Program-made: the position numbers and the translations under genes
Shown: positions 31,624 through 40,200 of the stretch, one piece after another
Layout: the number at the start of each line of letters is the position of its first letter
Numbering within the stretch: the first letter of the stretch is position 1
Source of the DNA: a virus
Lineage: Duplodnaviria; Heunggongvirae; Uroviricota; Caudoviricetes
DNA length: 64,000 nt
Strand: one strand, 5' to 3'
Virus record (IMG/VR): IMGVR_UViG_3300025859_000003
The notes under the pieces: generated by a model
Database searches by the model: none
What the model saw: only the letters and a program-made list of their open reading frames with translations
What the model was told of the DNA's origin: nothing

Positions 31624-32290
31624 AGTTACGAATCTCTCTCAGAATTCCTTGGTTTTGAATGTGCTTTTCGATCTGGTTGTTCAAGAACCTGAAGGTTCGG
31701 ACATTCCCGTTGGTCAGTGACGTAAGAATCAATTCTGTCGTGTGAGCGTTGCGGTTTATGGTTAGTTCGTAGTCGGTGTTTTCAGCTGAGTCTGAAGCCA
31801 AGAGTAACTCGATCGATCCTTCAGGTAAAAGAAAAGGTTCCAGTTTTACAGCCAGACCTTCCCGGTAAGCAGAGATCCTCCTCAGGTTGAGCTCTGTAAG
31901 CGGGAGCTTGTACTCGGACAACTGGGCATAGATGTTCTTGGCCAGCACTGTCAGGGCCCTAGCCACGCCGCGCTTTGAAGCCCCGTGTTCAGTGAAAGCT
32001 TGAATGATCAGCTTGAAGATGTGCTCGCTAGAGGGCTCGTTGAAACCGATCGGTGTAATCCTGTCCGGAAGGCGGGACAAGAACAGGTTCATGAAGTCTT
32101 GGGTACGGAACTTCTTCAGGGTTGCGTCCGTCAGCTCTTCGTCGGAACGTGTCGCCCTGACGCCGTCCAGCGGCTGCAGGTAAACCTTCTTTTTCGCCTT
32201 CTTCAGCGCCGCCTTGTTCTTGGCTATGACGCGATTGATGCGGTCTTCAGCAGACCCATCATCGGCGAAGGTATCTTTGAGAGACGACAT
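31601..32290 (-). CDS. Hypothetical protein, first gene of the replication operon
   Basis: Start re-assigned to MSSLKD (SD GAGG); the upstream ATG lies inside the -10 box. Confidence 0.55.
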   Translation of the reverse strand: MSSLKDTFADDGSAEDRINRVIAKNKAALKKAKKKVYLQPLDGVRATRSDEELTDATLKKFRTQDFMNLFLSRLPDRITPIGFNEPSSEHIFKLIIQAFTEHGASKRGVARALTVLAKNIYAQLSEYKLPLTELNLRRISAYREGLAVKLEPFLLPEGSIELLLASDSAENTDYELTINRNAHTTELILTSLTNGNVRTFRFLNNQIEKHIQNQGILREIRNYDESKNA

Positions 32291-32354
32291 TCTCGTCCTC
32301 TGAGCGTAGTTGAAAGTTCTGGCTTTACCTGCCTGTCCTGGGGCAGGGAGGGGG

Positions 32355-32383
32355 AACATATCCGACTAAAAAAGGAGTGTCAA
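32355..32383 (-). promoter_or_regulatory. Sigma70-type promoter for the replication operon
   Basis: TTGACA-17 bp-TATGTT on the minus strand. Confidence 0.65.
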
Positions 32384-32389
32384 GTGGAA

Positions 32390-32425
32390 ACGGGAAGGAT
32401 CGGGCAGAAACCCGATCCCTCCCGT
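32390..32425 (-). terminator. Hairpin ending the ubiquitin-like operon
   Basis: ACGGGAAGGATCGGG..CCCGATCCCTCCCGT; weak U tract. Confidence 0.55.
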
Positions 32426-32427
32426 CC

Positions 32428-32450
32428 ATGGCTGCAGAGTCTGCCGCCAT
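32428..32450. repeat. 23-bp dyad repeat, copy 5
   Basis: ATGGCTGCAGAGTCTGCCGCCAT. Confidence 0.9.
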
Positions 32451-32460
32451 CACCACTGAG

Positions 32461-33822
32461 TTATTTTTTCGACTCTTCCGGCTTCTCGACCTTCACCGTG
32501 GACTTCGTTGATGAGTGACCTTTGGTGTTTTTCTCGTCCCCGTCCTTGAGCTTTCCTTTCTTTTCGTCGTCCGCGGCCTGGGCTTTGATCTTCTCGTCGC
32601 TGATCCTCTTATCCCAGGAGAACGTGCCCTTCTTGTAGGCGTTCATGCTGTACCCACCGACCGTGCAATCCCACGGCTGGAGGGTCTTTTCCAGTGCCGG
32701 TTCAGGGCAAACCGGAGGAGCAGACTTGTACGCGATGTTGTCCAGGTGGTCGAGTTGCAGTGCGATCTTCCAGTTCCCCTCTTTGACCCGCTCTCTCGGG
32801 GCGTAGAACTTGGTGTGGCCGTGACCGCTTGCGAAGGACGGCGCCGCCCCTCCTGACACTTTCGACCCGAAGGCATACAGCAAGATCGATCCGAGAGGTG
32901 CGTCGTCCACGTACTCGAACCGGTAGTTCTTGTCGCAGTACACCAGCATCTCGTCGTAGATCTTCTGCTTGTCCTCGTCAGACAGCGGCTTCTTTGCCTT
33001 CTCCGCCGCTTCGGCTTTCATGGCGATTACGCGCTTGATGAACTCATGGTTGTCGACGGTGTGATCGCCGATAGCCATGGGGTTGATTCCCAAGGACTTC
33101 ATCCAGTCCGGCGCGTCTGTGTGGGTTGAAAGACCCTTCCGCACGAAAACCCTGGAGACTCCGAGGCCGTACGGCCGAACCAGGTCGTTGATGACCGTGG
33201 CTGCGTAGTGCATCGGCACGCCGCTGCTTTCGTTCAGCGGGCAAGCCTTGTACCAATCCTCGTCAGCTTTGTGCAGGGTTCGGCCGAACATGTGGGTCAG
33301 GTATTCCTTGGTGCCCTGGAATCCGCATGTTTGAACCGATCGATCCGACGGATACTTGTACTTGTACTCCGCCTTTTCGAGGATGACGCGCTTGATCTTC
33401 TTGGTTTTGTCCTTCTCGTTCTCGACCTCGACGATCTGGAGACCGGCTTCTTTGGCTGCTGCGAGGAAATCCTCGTCGTCGTAGGTCCAGGTTGTTTCGT
33501 CGGGATCGACGATCTCGAACTTCTCCTTGGGAGCCGAATCCGAAGATCCTTGCCAGCCCCTCATGAATCCGCCGTACTCGTAGTCGTCATTGCCACTACG
33601 GTAGCTGTAGGAGGTTGACTGGTCCAGCTTGGTCGAGATGTCGTTCTTGGTGCCGAGCAGCTTGAGGAAAATGGCGCCAGCCTGCTCCACAAGCTTGTCA
33701 AGGCCGATGGCTGCCAGGAAGCCCCTACGTTTCTGCTGTTTCTGTTCTCCTCGCACGGTGGAATATTTCACTCCGATCATCTGCTCGCTGATGAGGAGAA
33801 TCTGCTTGCGCTTGTTACCCAC
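32461..33822 (-). CDS. Putative papain-like (C39-like) cysteine peptidase, candidate Ubl protease/deconjugase
   Basis: GTG start after SD GAGGAGG overlapping the E1 stop. QTCG, GVP..YAA.VINDLVRPYGL helix, SILLY strand, GHGHTKFY. Confidence 0.5.
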   Translation of the reverse strand: MGNKRKQILLISEQMIGVKYSTVRGEQKQQKRRGFLAAIGLDKLVEQAGAIFLKLLGTKNDISTKLDQSTSYSYRSGNDDYEYGGFMRGWQGSSDSAPKEKFEIVDPDETTWTYDDEDFLAAAKEAGLQIVEVENEKDKTKKIKRVILEKAEYKYKYPSDRSVQTCGFQGTKEYLTHMFGRTLHKADEDWYKACPLNESSGVPMHYAATVINDLVRPYGLGVSRVFVRKGLSTHTDAPDWMKSLGINPMAIGDHTVDNHEFIKRVIAMKAEAAEKAKKPLSDEDKQKIYDEMLVYCDKNYRFEYVDDAPLGSILLYAFGSKVSGGAAPSFASGHGHTKFYAPRERVKEGNWKIALQLDHLDNIAYKSAPPVCPEPALEKTLQPWDCTVGGYSMNAYKKGTFSWDKRISDEKIKAQAADDEKKGKLKDGDEKNTKGHSSTKSTVKVEKPEESKK

Positions 33823-34600
33823 TGGCTTCCTCCTCTGCGGCAGCCGCCTCGTCGGGCTGAGGTTCCGGTTCCTCCGGCGCCTCAATGTGCCCGTGGATGG
33901 CGATCTCCCTGGTCTGGTCGATCATGTGACCGTCGCGGAGAACCCGGAACGCGACCATAGTTCCTGGATCCGGGCTGACTTCCCCGCCGAAGTAGGCTTC
34001 GGGATCTTTGCCGGCGAAGATGGTGACGGCTTTGCCAGCCGCCAGCCCCGCCTGGATGCAAAGGCCAGCAAACTCGATGAGCTTGCACGGCGGATCTTTG
34101 ACATCCTCAACGGCTTCCATGTCCTGGGCAGAGTTGCCCTGGAGCTTGGCCTTGATGCCGATGTTGAAGTGATCGTGGTTGCGGACCGACCACACAGCCT
34201 TTCCGTGCCCTGCCTTGCCGACCGAGACGTGCAGACACGGAACGTCCTGGCGAATCGAGTACAGCCACAGCAGCTCACGGGCCTTGATGTTGTCGACCAT
34301 GTCCAGCAGAACCTGAGTTCCTGCAGGAATGATCTTCAACAGGTTGTCGGAGGTGATCTTGTCGACAACGGCCTCGGCCTCGTGGCCGTAGTCCAAGACC
34401 CGCTTTGCCATCAGCTCCGCCTTCGGCTTGTCCTTGTCCGCCGGAGTGAAGAACTGGTTGGCGAAGTTGCGGGTGTCGATGATGTCGTGGTCGATGATCG
34501 TGAACTTACTCGGTATTTCCACGGCCGCGAGTCTCGCAGCGAGGAATTCTGCTCCGTAGGAGCCGACAGCGCCGGCCCCTACGATGGTGATGTGCGGCAT
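33815..34600 (-). CDS. E1-like (ThiF/MoeB family) adenylyltransferase
   Basis: IVGAGAVGS, IIDHDIIDTRNFANQ, KPKAE, DMVDNIKAR, candidate catalytic Cys in KDPPCKL; no Zn-binding CxxC pairs. Confidence 0.9.
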   Translation of the reverse strand: MPHITIVGAGAVGSYGAEFLAARLAAVEIPSKFTIIDHDIIDTRNFANQFFTPADKDKPKAELMAKRVLDYGHEAEAVVDKITSDNLLKIIPAGTQVLLDMVDNIKARELLWLYSIRQDVPCLHVSVGKAGHGKAVWSVRNHDHFNIGIKAKLQGNSAQDMEAVEDVKDPPCKLIEFAGLCIQAGLAAGKAVTIFAGKDPEAYFGGEVSPDPGTMVAFRVLRDGHMIDQTREIAIHGHIEAPEEPEPQPDEAAAAEEEASG

Positions 34601-34606
34601 AGCTCC

Positions 34607-36040
34607 TTAGCCTTTCTTCTTTACCTTGGGGAGGTTCATGGCCTGGTTGAGCCCATCGAACTGCCCCCCTCCGTGAACCTCGGCATGCTTGAGCAGGCTC
34701 TGCAGCTCAACCACACCGACGCTTGACTTGTGAACTTTGGTTCCAGGCAGGGAATGCCCTACGGACTGGCGGTACTTGGCCCTGTAAGGTCCGTGGACCC
34801 ATCGCCTGAGAGTCAGGTGAGGACGGGAATACAGATCGATAGTGGCCACCCCGGCGGGGTTACCCGCCGATCCACGCTTGACGTTTGCGTCGTTGCGCAT
34901 GCACCAGTCGGACGACATGAAGTACCACTTGTGCCCCAGCGGATCCGCAGGCTCCTCCCAGTCCTCAAGAAGCGCCGGGCGGAACTGTTTGACCATCTCG
35001 ATGTACCAAGGAACCTTGGTGAGGTACGCCGCACAAGACGTCCCGAAGAGATCGACAAGATCGTTCTTTCCCTTGTCGACGGTGAACCTCAGGATGTAAG
35101 TGGGACCACCGTAGATGACGGCCATGCGAAGCAGGTGATCGTCGGGACGGTCTTTCTTCGTGAATACCTTGCCGTCCCGGCCAAAGCTCCACTCCCCGTA
35201 TTCCCCACGACCGATGAACCCGTTTTCCTGAACTTTGAAATTCAGGGCTTCGGGGCAGTACTGATTACCGCGGTCGGTGGCGTAGATTCCAAGACGCTTG
35301 CCGATCATGGTTATGTTGCACGGGGCGTCGGTGGATTCGAGTTCTTTCTTGATCTCCTCGATTTCCAGCATCGAGGTCTCGAACTCCATTTCCGTGGGAG
35401 GCTCGGTGATCCAGCATGACCGGGTCTGCGCCAGCTTCTGGGCCATCGGCATCATCTTGGAAAGCTCCACCGGGACCGGGAGCTGCGTCAACTGCTTGAA
35501 CAAACCACCGACCGACAGGCCGACAAAGAACCTGGTAACATCTTCGTTGAACTTGACGGACTTTTCTTTTCCGAGCTTGGCGCCCAAAGGGAGACCGGGG
35601 ATGCGGTTCGGGTCACCTTCATCGTGTGAGATGTAGAGCTTGATCCCGTATGTAGGCAGGTCGTGGCCGTACCGAAACCCGTCTCTCAGTGCGATCAGAG
35701 CGCCGTGACCCACGTCGGATTTGTCTAACTTCGGGTTGTCATACAGGTGCTGCGGAATCTCGCTCGTGGCTTTTTTACCGTAGGGTACAAACACGGGGCG
35801 CTTACCGCCGGTGTCGACCCAACGGAGTGTTTTCGGGTTGAGGTGCTTCTTGATGATCATCTCGATGACATCGAGGTCAAACAGTCCTTCCTGGGCGATC
35901 TCGATGTTTACCGTCACAGGAGCGACTTGGTTGTAGTAGGGAGAGTTTGGGGCCACGGCCTCCATTTCTCCGTGCGTAAAAACCGACACGACCAGTCGCA
36001 CAGTCCCGTCGGCTCTGGGTTTCAGATGCTTCAGCTTCAT
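34607..36040 (-). CDS. Hypothetical 477-aa protein, candidate E2-like conjugating subunit
   Basis: Start re-assigned to MKLKHL (SD GGAG). Lies between the Ubl candidate and E1. PLGH-x7-WC loosely resembles the E2 H..C active-site loop. Confidence 0.35.
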   Translation of the reverse strand: MKLKHLKPRADGTVRLVVSVFTHGEMEAVAPNSPYYNQVAPVTVNIEIAQEGLFDLDVIEMIIKKHLNPKTLRWVDTGGKRPVFVPYGKKATSEIPQHLYDNPKLDKSDVGHGALIALRDGFRYGHDLPTYGIKLYISHDEGDPNRIPGLPLGAKLGKEKSVKFNEDVTRFFVGLSVGGLFKQLTQLPVPVELSKMMPMAQKLAQTRSCWITEPPTEMEFETSMLEIEEIKKELESTDAPCNITMIGKRLGIYATDRGNQYCPEALNFKVQENGFIGRGEYGEWSFGRDGKVFTKKDRPDDHLLRMAVIYGGPTYILRFTVDKGKNDLVDLFGTSCAAYLTKVPWYIEMVKQFRPALLEDWEEPADPLGHKWYFMSSDWCMRNDANVKRGSAGNPAGVATIDLYSRPHLTLRRWVHGPYRAKYRQSVGHSLPGTKVHKSSVGVVELQSLLKHAEVHGGGQFDGLNQAMNLPKVKKKG

Positions 36041-36057
36041 GCAGGCTCTCCGGTTGT

Positions 36058-36090
36058 AAAGAAACAGGGGGCCGGTTTCCCGACCCCCTG
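36058..36090 (-). terminator. Intrinsic terminator/attenuator after the Ubl candidate
   Basis: CAGGGGGTCGG-GAAA-CCGGCCCCCTG-TTTCTTT on the minus strand. Confidence 0.8.
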
Positions 36091-36115
36091 CTGTCAGATA
36101 CCCCAACTCGTCGGA

Positions 36116-36538
36116 CTAGCCGAAAACGGTGGCCAGCTCGAACGTGAAGTTGCCGTGCTTGTCCTCAGTGAGCTCGATTTCCTGCTCCTTGATGAGGAAG
36201 CGGTCGGCGCGGTCTTCCAGGGCGATTTCCTTGCCGTAGTGCTCCAGCAAGTACTTGATGCCGATGGCGCGAACCTGGTCCTGCTTGCTCAGGCCCTTGC
36301 CGCCGAGTGCCGAGAACGCCTTCTTGGCGCCCATCTGGCTCTCCTGCATCTTCTCAAGGGCAGCCAGCTGCTCCTCGATGGATGCGTTCTCGTCGAGAAC
36401 GACGTCCTTGTACTTCGCCTCGTTGAACTTCGGTCCGTCGTTGACGTCCTCCAACATCGGGAGGTCGACCACGTCCGTGATCGCGAGGCTCTTGCCTTTC
36501 GGTCCGCGGCCGAAAACCGCGAAAGTCAAAGTGCTCAT
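36116..36538 (-). CDS. Candidate ubiquitin-like modifier (140 aa, C-terminal Gly)
   Basis: Start MSTLTF (SD AAGG). N-terminal beta strand TLTFAVF, C-terminus HGNFTFELATVFG-stop. First gene of the E1 operon, strongly biased codons. Confidence 0.5.
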   Translation of the reverse strand: MSTLTFAVFGRGPKGKSLAITDVVDLPMLEDVNDGPKFNEAKYKDVVLDENASIEEQLAALEKMQESQMGAKKAFSALGGKGLSKQDQVRAIGIKYLLEHYGKEIALEDRADRFLIKEQEIELTEDKHGNFTFELATVFG

Positions 36539-36617
36539 GAAATACCTTTCCTTTGTTCTTGGTCCCAAGAAATGTCAACAGAGTCTGCAGACTCGCCTTT
36601 GTGAGTTCGATTCAGGC

Positions 36618-36956
36618 CTAGAAGGGGCTACCCTTCGAGGCTTCTCCTGCCTTGGTTTCGATCAGACCCCACTCCAGGAGCAGGTTCTTGACGCTGACGA
36701 TGTCGTCCTTCGGGAACTCAAGTTTCTCCATGAACTTGAGTACCGGAAGCATCAGCGGTGCTTCAGGAAGGTAGGTCAGGCCGTGAGACCTTTCCGCCTT
36801 CTCGTACCAGCAGGCGTGGCTGGCCTTCCACTGCTTGGTCGGATCCTGCGCAGCGTAAGCCTCAATGTACACGCCGTGATTCGGGTGTTTGCCCAGAACG
36901 ATCCGGGCATTGGCATTCGGTGTGATGAAAGCATGTTCGTTTTCAACTCTCGGCAT
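36618..36956 (-). CDS. Hypothetical protein
   Basis: Start re-assigned to MPRVEN (SD AGGAG). Confidence 0.55.
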   Translation of the reverse strand: MPRVENEHAFITPNANARIVLGKHPNHGVYIEAYAAQDPTKQWKASHACWYEKAERSHGLTYLPEAPLMLPVLKFMEKLEFPKDDIVSVKNLLLEWGLIETKAGEASKGSPF

Positions 36957-36964
36957 AATCTCTC

Positions 36965-37651
36965 CTACTCGACGACCGCAGTACGTTGGGGTCCCACGAG
37001 GACCAATCTCTGACCGACAGTCGAGCACATGATTTCTTTGTCGGCCTGAAAGAAGCTGACAATCTCCGAGGCACCGTCCATGGGGATACTCTTGGAGTCG
37101 CCACCGCGTTCTTTCTGCCGGTAAAAGTTTTTGCCATCGAAACCCACCCACATCATCTTCTGATTCTTCTTGTCTCGGGCGATTGTGGCCCGCAGGTCCG
37201 AGACAGGCAGAAGTGTGGCTTCGGTGGGATCAGAGAAAACTGAGCTATCAAGCAGCTCCACCGTCTTAGAACACAAAGGACCCGATATTTTGGATTCCTT
37301 TGCGTCGCTCAGCTCGACGGCGTCCTTTGTCCACAGCAGGATGATCCTGGTGATAGCCTCTTCACGGTCATACGTGAAAACCTTCCCGTAGTGGAATCGT
37401 CCCTCGGGTAGACGCACGGAGTTCTGGTACAGCCTTCTTGCCTTCCAGGACAGGTCCCCGAGAGCCTTGGCCTTGAGGCTGGTCTCCTGGTTGAGTACAT
37501 CAACCGGCAGGGTTGGCCTCGGTGGAGCGAAATAACTCCGGGTAAAAACGGTCAGCTGTACCTGGGCCCGCCGGACGGCAGACTCAGGCGGATCCACGCC
37601 GAGTTCTTTTACTACCCAGGCCCTCAAGTCTTCAGCTGAAATGACGAACAT
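36965..37651 (-). CDS. Hypothetical protein
   Basis: SD GGAG, 228 aa. Confidence 0.55.
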   Translation of the reverse strand: MFVISAEDLRAWVVKELGVDPPESAVRRAQVQLTVFTRSYFAPPRPTLPVDVLNQETSLKAKALGDLSWKARRLYQNSVRLPEGRFHYGKVFTYDREEAITRIILLWTKDAVELSDAKESKISGPLCSKTVELLDSSVFSDPTEATLLPVSDLRATIARDKKNQKMMWVGFDGKNFYRQKERGGDSKSIPMDGASEIVSFFQADKEIMCSTVGQRLVLVGPQRTAVVE

Positions 37652-37666
37652 CGGCTATTCTCCAGT

Positions 37667-37696
37667 AAAACAACGAGGCCCGAAGACCTCGTTGTT
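37667..37696 (-). terminator. Intrinsic terminator
   Basis: AACAACGAGG..CCTCGTTGTT hairpin with U tract on the minus strand. Confidence 0.6.
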
Positions 37697-37779
37697 GTGA
37701 CATCGACTGACCCTACGGCAGGACCCATCCTGCCAGCAGGGTTACCACGTCGATCAGACTACCCATGGTGATCTCCAGA

Positions 37780-38349
37780 TCATACGACCTGGCGGTCGAC
37801 GACCCTGATGTTGAAAATCGGATCGCCGGTTTGCTTGAGGAGATCGGCACAGATAAGACGCGCGGCGCCGGCCACATGCAACGAGTTGTGGGGGAAATAG
37901 TACATGGTCCCCTCCTTGCTCTCGTTGCCCTTGCCGATGACCAGCGTTTCAGTGCGGATCAACTTGTCAACGGCCGCCAGGCCGTCGCCAATGAAAATGT
38001 CCTCCCACGTCTCGCGTGGAACAATCCAGTTGTCGTCCCTTCGGAAGGTCCGCGCCTCCCAGTGGTTTTCCAGGTCCAGTATCTTCTGGACTTCTAGCAG
38101 CTTGTCGACGGCGGCCAGGGGCGTAATTGCCTCGGTGGACGTCATGGTCTTGGCTGCTTTGGCCATACGGTACATGACCTGGGTCCCGAACTGGGACAGA
38201 ACCAGGGCTGACGTTGCCAGCCCGGATTTCAGAAACATCGGAAACTCCGTTGTTTCTCGTCGTTTGACAGCGCCGAGCCTTACTTTTTTGTAGTCCTCTT
38301 CGCGGAGCGCACTGAGCAACTCCCTGATCTCACTCTGGTACCTTTTCAT
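37780..38349 (-). CDS. Hypothetical protein
   Basis: SD AAGGA, 189 aa. Confidence 0.6.
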   Translation of the reverse strand: MKRYQSEIRELLSALREEDYKKVRLGAVKRRETTEFPMFLKSGLATSALVLSQFGTQVMYRMAKAAKTMTSTEAITPLAAVDKLLEVQKILDLENHWEARTFRRDDNWIVPRETWEDIFIGDGLAAVDKLIRTETLVIGKGNESKEGTMYYFPHNSLHVAGAARLICADLLKQTGDPIFNIRVVDRQVV

Positions 38350-38424
38350 TTCCTTTCACCTCATCAATTGGGCCAAGAAGATGAGAGAGAATTTCCTCTC
38401 ATCTTCTTAGGCCGCAATATGAGG

Positions 38425-39450
38425 CTACTCAGGCTCACCGACGGAGTAGAGCAAATCCGTGATGATATCCCGGTCAGTTTCCAGGTCGTCGATGTACTCC
38501 ATCTCCTTCTTGTCGTACTCGTCCTTGGCGTACGACGTGAGAACGCAGGACTCGTTGCGTTCCTTGCTCGCTGTGGCCTCGATTTCGCTGAGGAATTCCA
38601 TCTCGACGTAGGTCTTCATCATCGAGAGACAAGTTCGGTACATCTGCCACGTGTCTTTGACCGTCTCGTCGATTTTGCCGCTTTCCCCGAGGAAGGTCAG
38701 CAACGAATCGTGGATCATCTTCACTTCCGCGGAATTCTCATCGAGCACCACGTCAGCGTCGAGGTCAAGAGCAATCCGGGTAACATCCAGTGACGAGAAG
38801 GTCTTCTTGGTGATGGTGACCCCCTCGGAAACGTTGAGAAGCTTGGCAAGGTTGCCAGATACATCAACCTTGATGACGAGAAGCTCCGAGTCTGGGTCCG
38901 GTACTTCCTTGCGTTTCCTGTACTCGGGCATGTAGTGAAACACCTTGGCAGTGAAGGTGGCCAAGTCGACGCTGTAGATTTCTTTCTTCCCGTCCGGTGT
39001 GCGGCCGGTACCGCCGATGGACGAAGTTGTCGTCGGCGGGGCCTTATCCGGGCGGTTCTTCACCGTCTCCTGATCGGCGTACTTGTCGATGTGCTGCTTG
39101 GGCGCCGGCGGGTAAGGGAGATTTTCCTTGTTCCACTTGCGCTTGGTCTTGAAACGGAAGTGCGGGAGAACGTCCTTGGCCTCCCCGGTGTAGGTCGCGA
39201 CCAGCACCAGGTCGTCGTTCTTGGAGCTGACCTTGCCGCCGAGAGGAACGATGATGATGTCGCCGTCCTGCAGTCCCGCTACGGACTTGTCGACACCCTC
39301 GGGGATGCGGTATACATCGACACCGCCTTTTTCTTTGATAAAGTCCAGCAACTGCTCGTAGCACTTTTCCAACTCGTCCTTCGAACGGGCGATGATAGGA
39401 TAAATGTCCTGGTGCATCGGGCCCTTGGCTGACTTGATTGTTACAGGCAT
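38425..39450 (-). CDS. Hypothetical protein
   Basis: Start re-assigned to MPVTIK (SD GGAGG); the longer ORF overlaps the opposite-strand chaperone. Confidence 0.6.
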   Translation of the reverse strand: MPVTIKSAKGPMHQDIYPIIARSKDELEKCYEQLLDFIKEKGGVDVYRIPEGVDKSVAGLQDGDIIIVPLGGKVSSKNDDLVLVATYTGEAKDVLPHFRFKTKRKWNKENLPYPPAPKQHIDKYADQETVKNRPDKAPPTTTSSIGGTGRTPDGKKEIYSVDLATFTAKVFHYMPEYRKRKEVPDPDSELLVIKVDVSGNLAKLLNVSEGVTITKKTFSSLDVTRIALDLDADVVLDENSAEVKMIHDSLLTFLGESGKIDETVKDTWQMYRTCLSMMKTYVEMEFLSEIEATASKERNESCVLTSYAKDEYDKKEMEYIDDLETDRDIITDLLYSVGEPE

Positions 39451-39468
39451 GAAACCTCCGGAGAAAAG

Positions 39469-40200
39469 ATGACCATGTTTCCTGAGAGTGTCTCCACCCC
39501 CGACGGTAAAGTGAAAGGGTCCTTCTCCAAGAGCCCGAACGCCGTCAACGAGCAGATCAAAAGAGATCGCGCTGAAGCGGCTATGCAGGCCAAAGCCGAC
39601 GAGGAGAAGGAGCGTGACAAGGTGGCCAAGGAGAGCGGAACCCAGGAAGCCGGAGAAGGCGAGCAGCCTGCGACGCTTCCCAAGTTTGTAGACTCCGCTG
39701 TCTACGGCCGGCTCACCTTCGAGCACTTCCGTGATAAGTATCTTTCGGTCTTCGAGCAGGTACGCGATAAGGTTCACCTGACCAAAGGCTATGTGGAGTT
39801 CACCACGGAAGTAGGTGGGCAGAAAATCTCTCTATCTTCTTTGACCAAAGGACAGCAGCGTTTTGTGAACTACATTTCGCGTGGCGACGCGGCCATGACC
39901 AAAATGCCGTCCCTGGACGAACAGGAAGAGTTCGGTCGCTGGTTCATGCTGATGGCGGTGACTACCGCAGGGGCAAAGGACATTCGCCTGCCGAAGCCGC
40001 CCCGTATCTCGTCCAGCGACTTTGAGAAGGAAGCCACCGACAAGGCTGTCCAGGAGTATCTGAAGAACGAGAAGGTCCAGTCCAAGCTCAACTGGCTTGA
40101 CGACATGGCAAACGAGGTTCACCAGCATCTGTTCAACCTCACCACTGACCTTCTTACCGCCGTGTTTCTGGCCGTGCGGGAGGACATTCTAAACCCCTAA
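39469..40200 (+). CDS. Tail assembly chaperone (G-like)
   Basis: Upstream of the tape measure gene; ends in slippery A AAC CCC TAA. Confidence 0.6.
   Translation: MTMFPESVSTPDGKVKGSFSKSPNAVNEQIKRDRAEAAMQAKADEEKERDKVAKESGTQEAGEGEQPATLPKFVDSAVYGRLTFEHFRDKYLSVFEQVRDKVHLTKGYVEFTTEVGGQKISLSSLTKGQQRFVNYISRGDAAMTKMPSLDEQEEFGRWFMLMAVTTAGAKDIRLPKPPRISSSDFEKEATDKAVQEYLKNEKVQSKLNWLDDMANEVHQHLFNLTTDLLTAVFLAVREDILNP

Noticed and set aside
33815..34600. ThiF/MoeB as a thiamine or molybdopterin biosynthesis gene
   Set aside because: No ThiS/MoaD-sized GG-ending carrier, ThiG, MoaE, rhodanese or desulfurase nearby, and the Zn-binding CxxC pairs are absent.
33815..36040. C-terminal Gly of E1 (EASG) and of the 477-aa protein (KKKG) as additional conjugation handles
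   Set aside because: A single terminal residue is weak evidence, and the E1 end is constrained by overlap with the next start. Needs homologue conservation.
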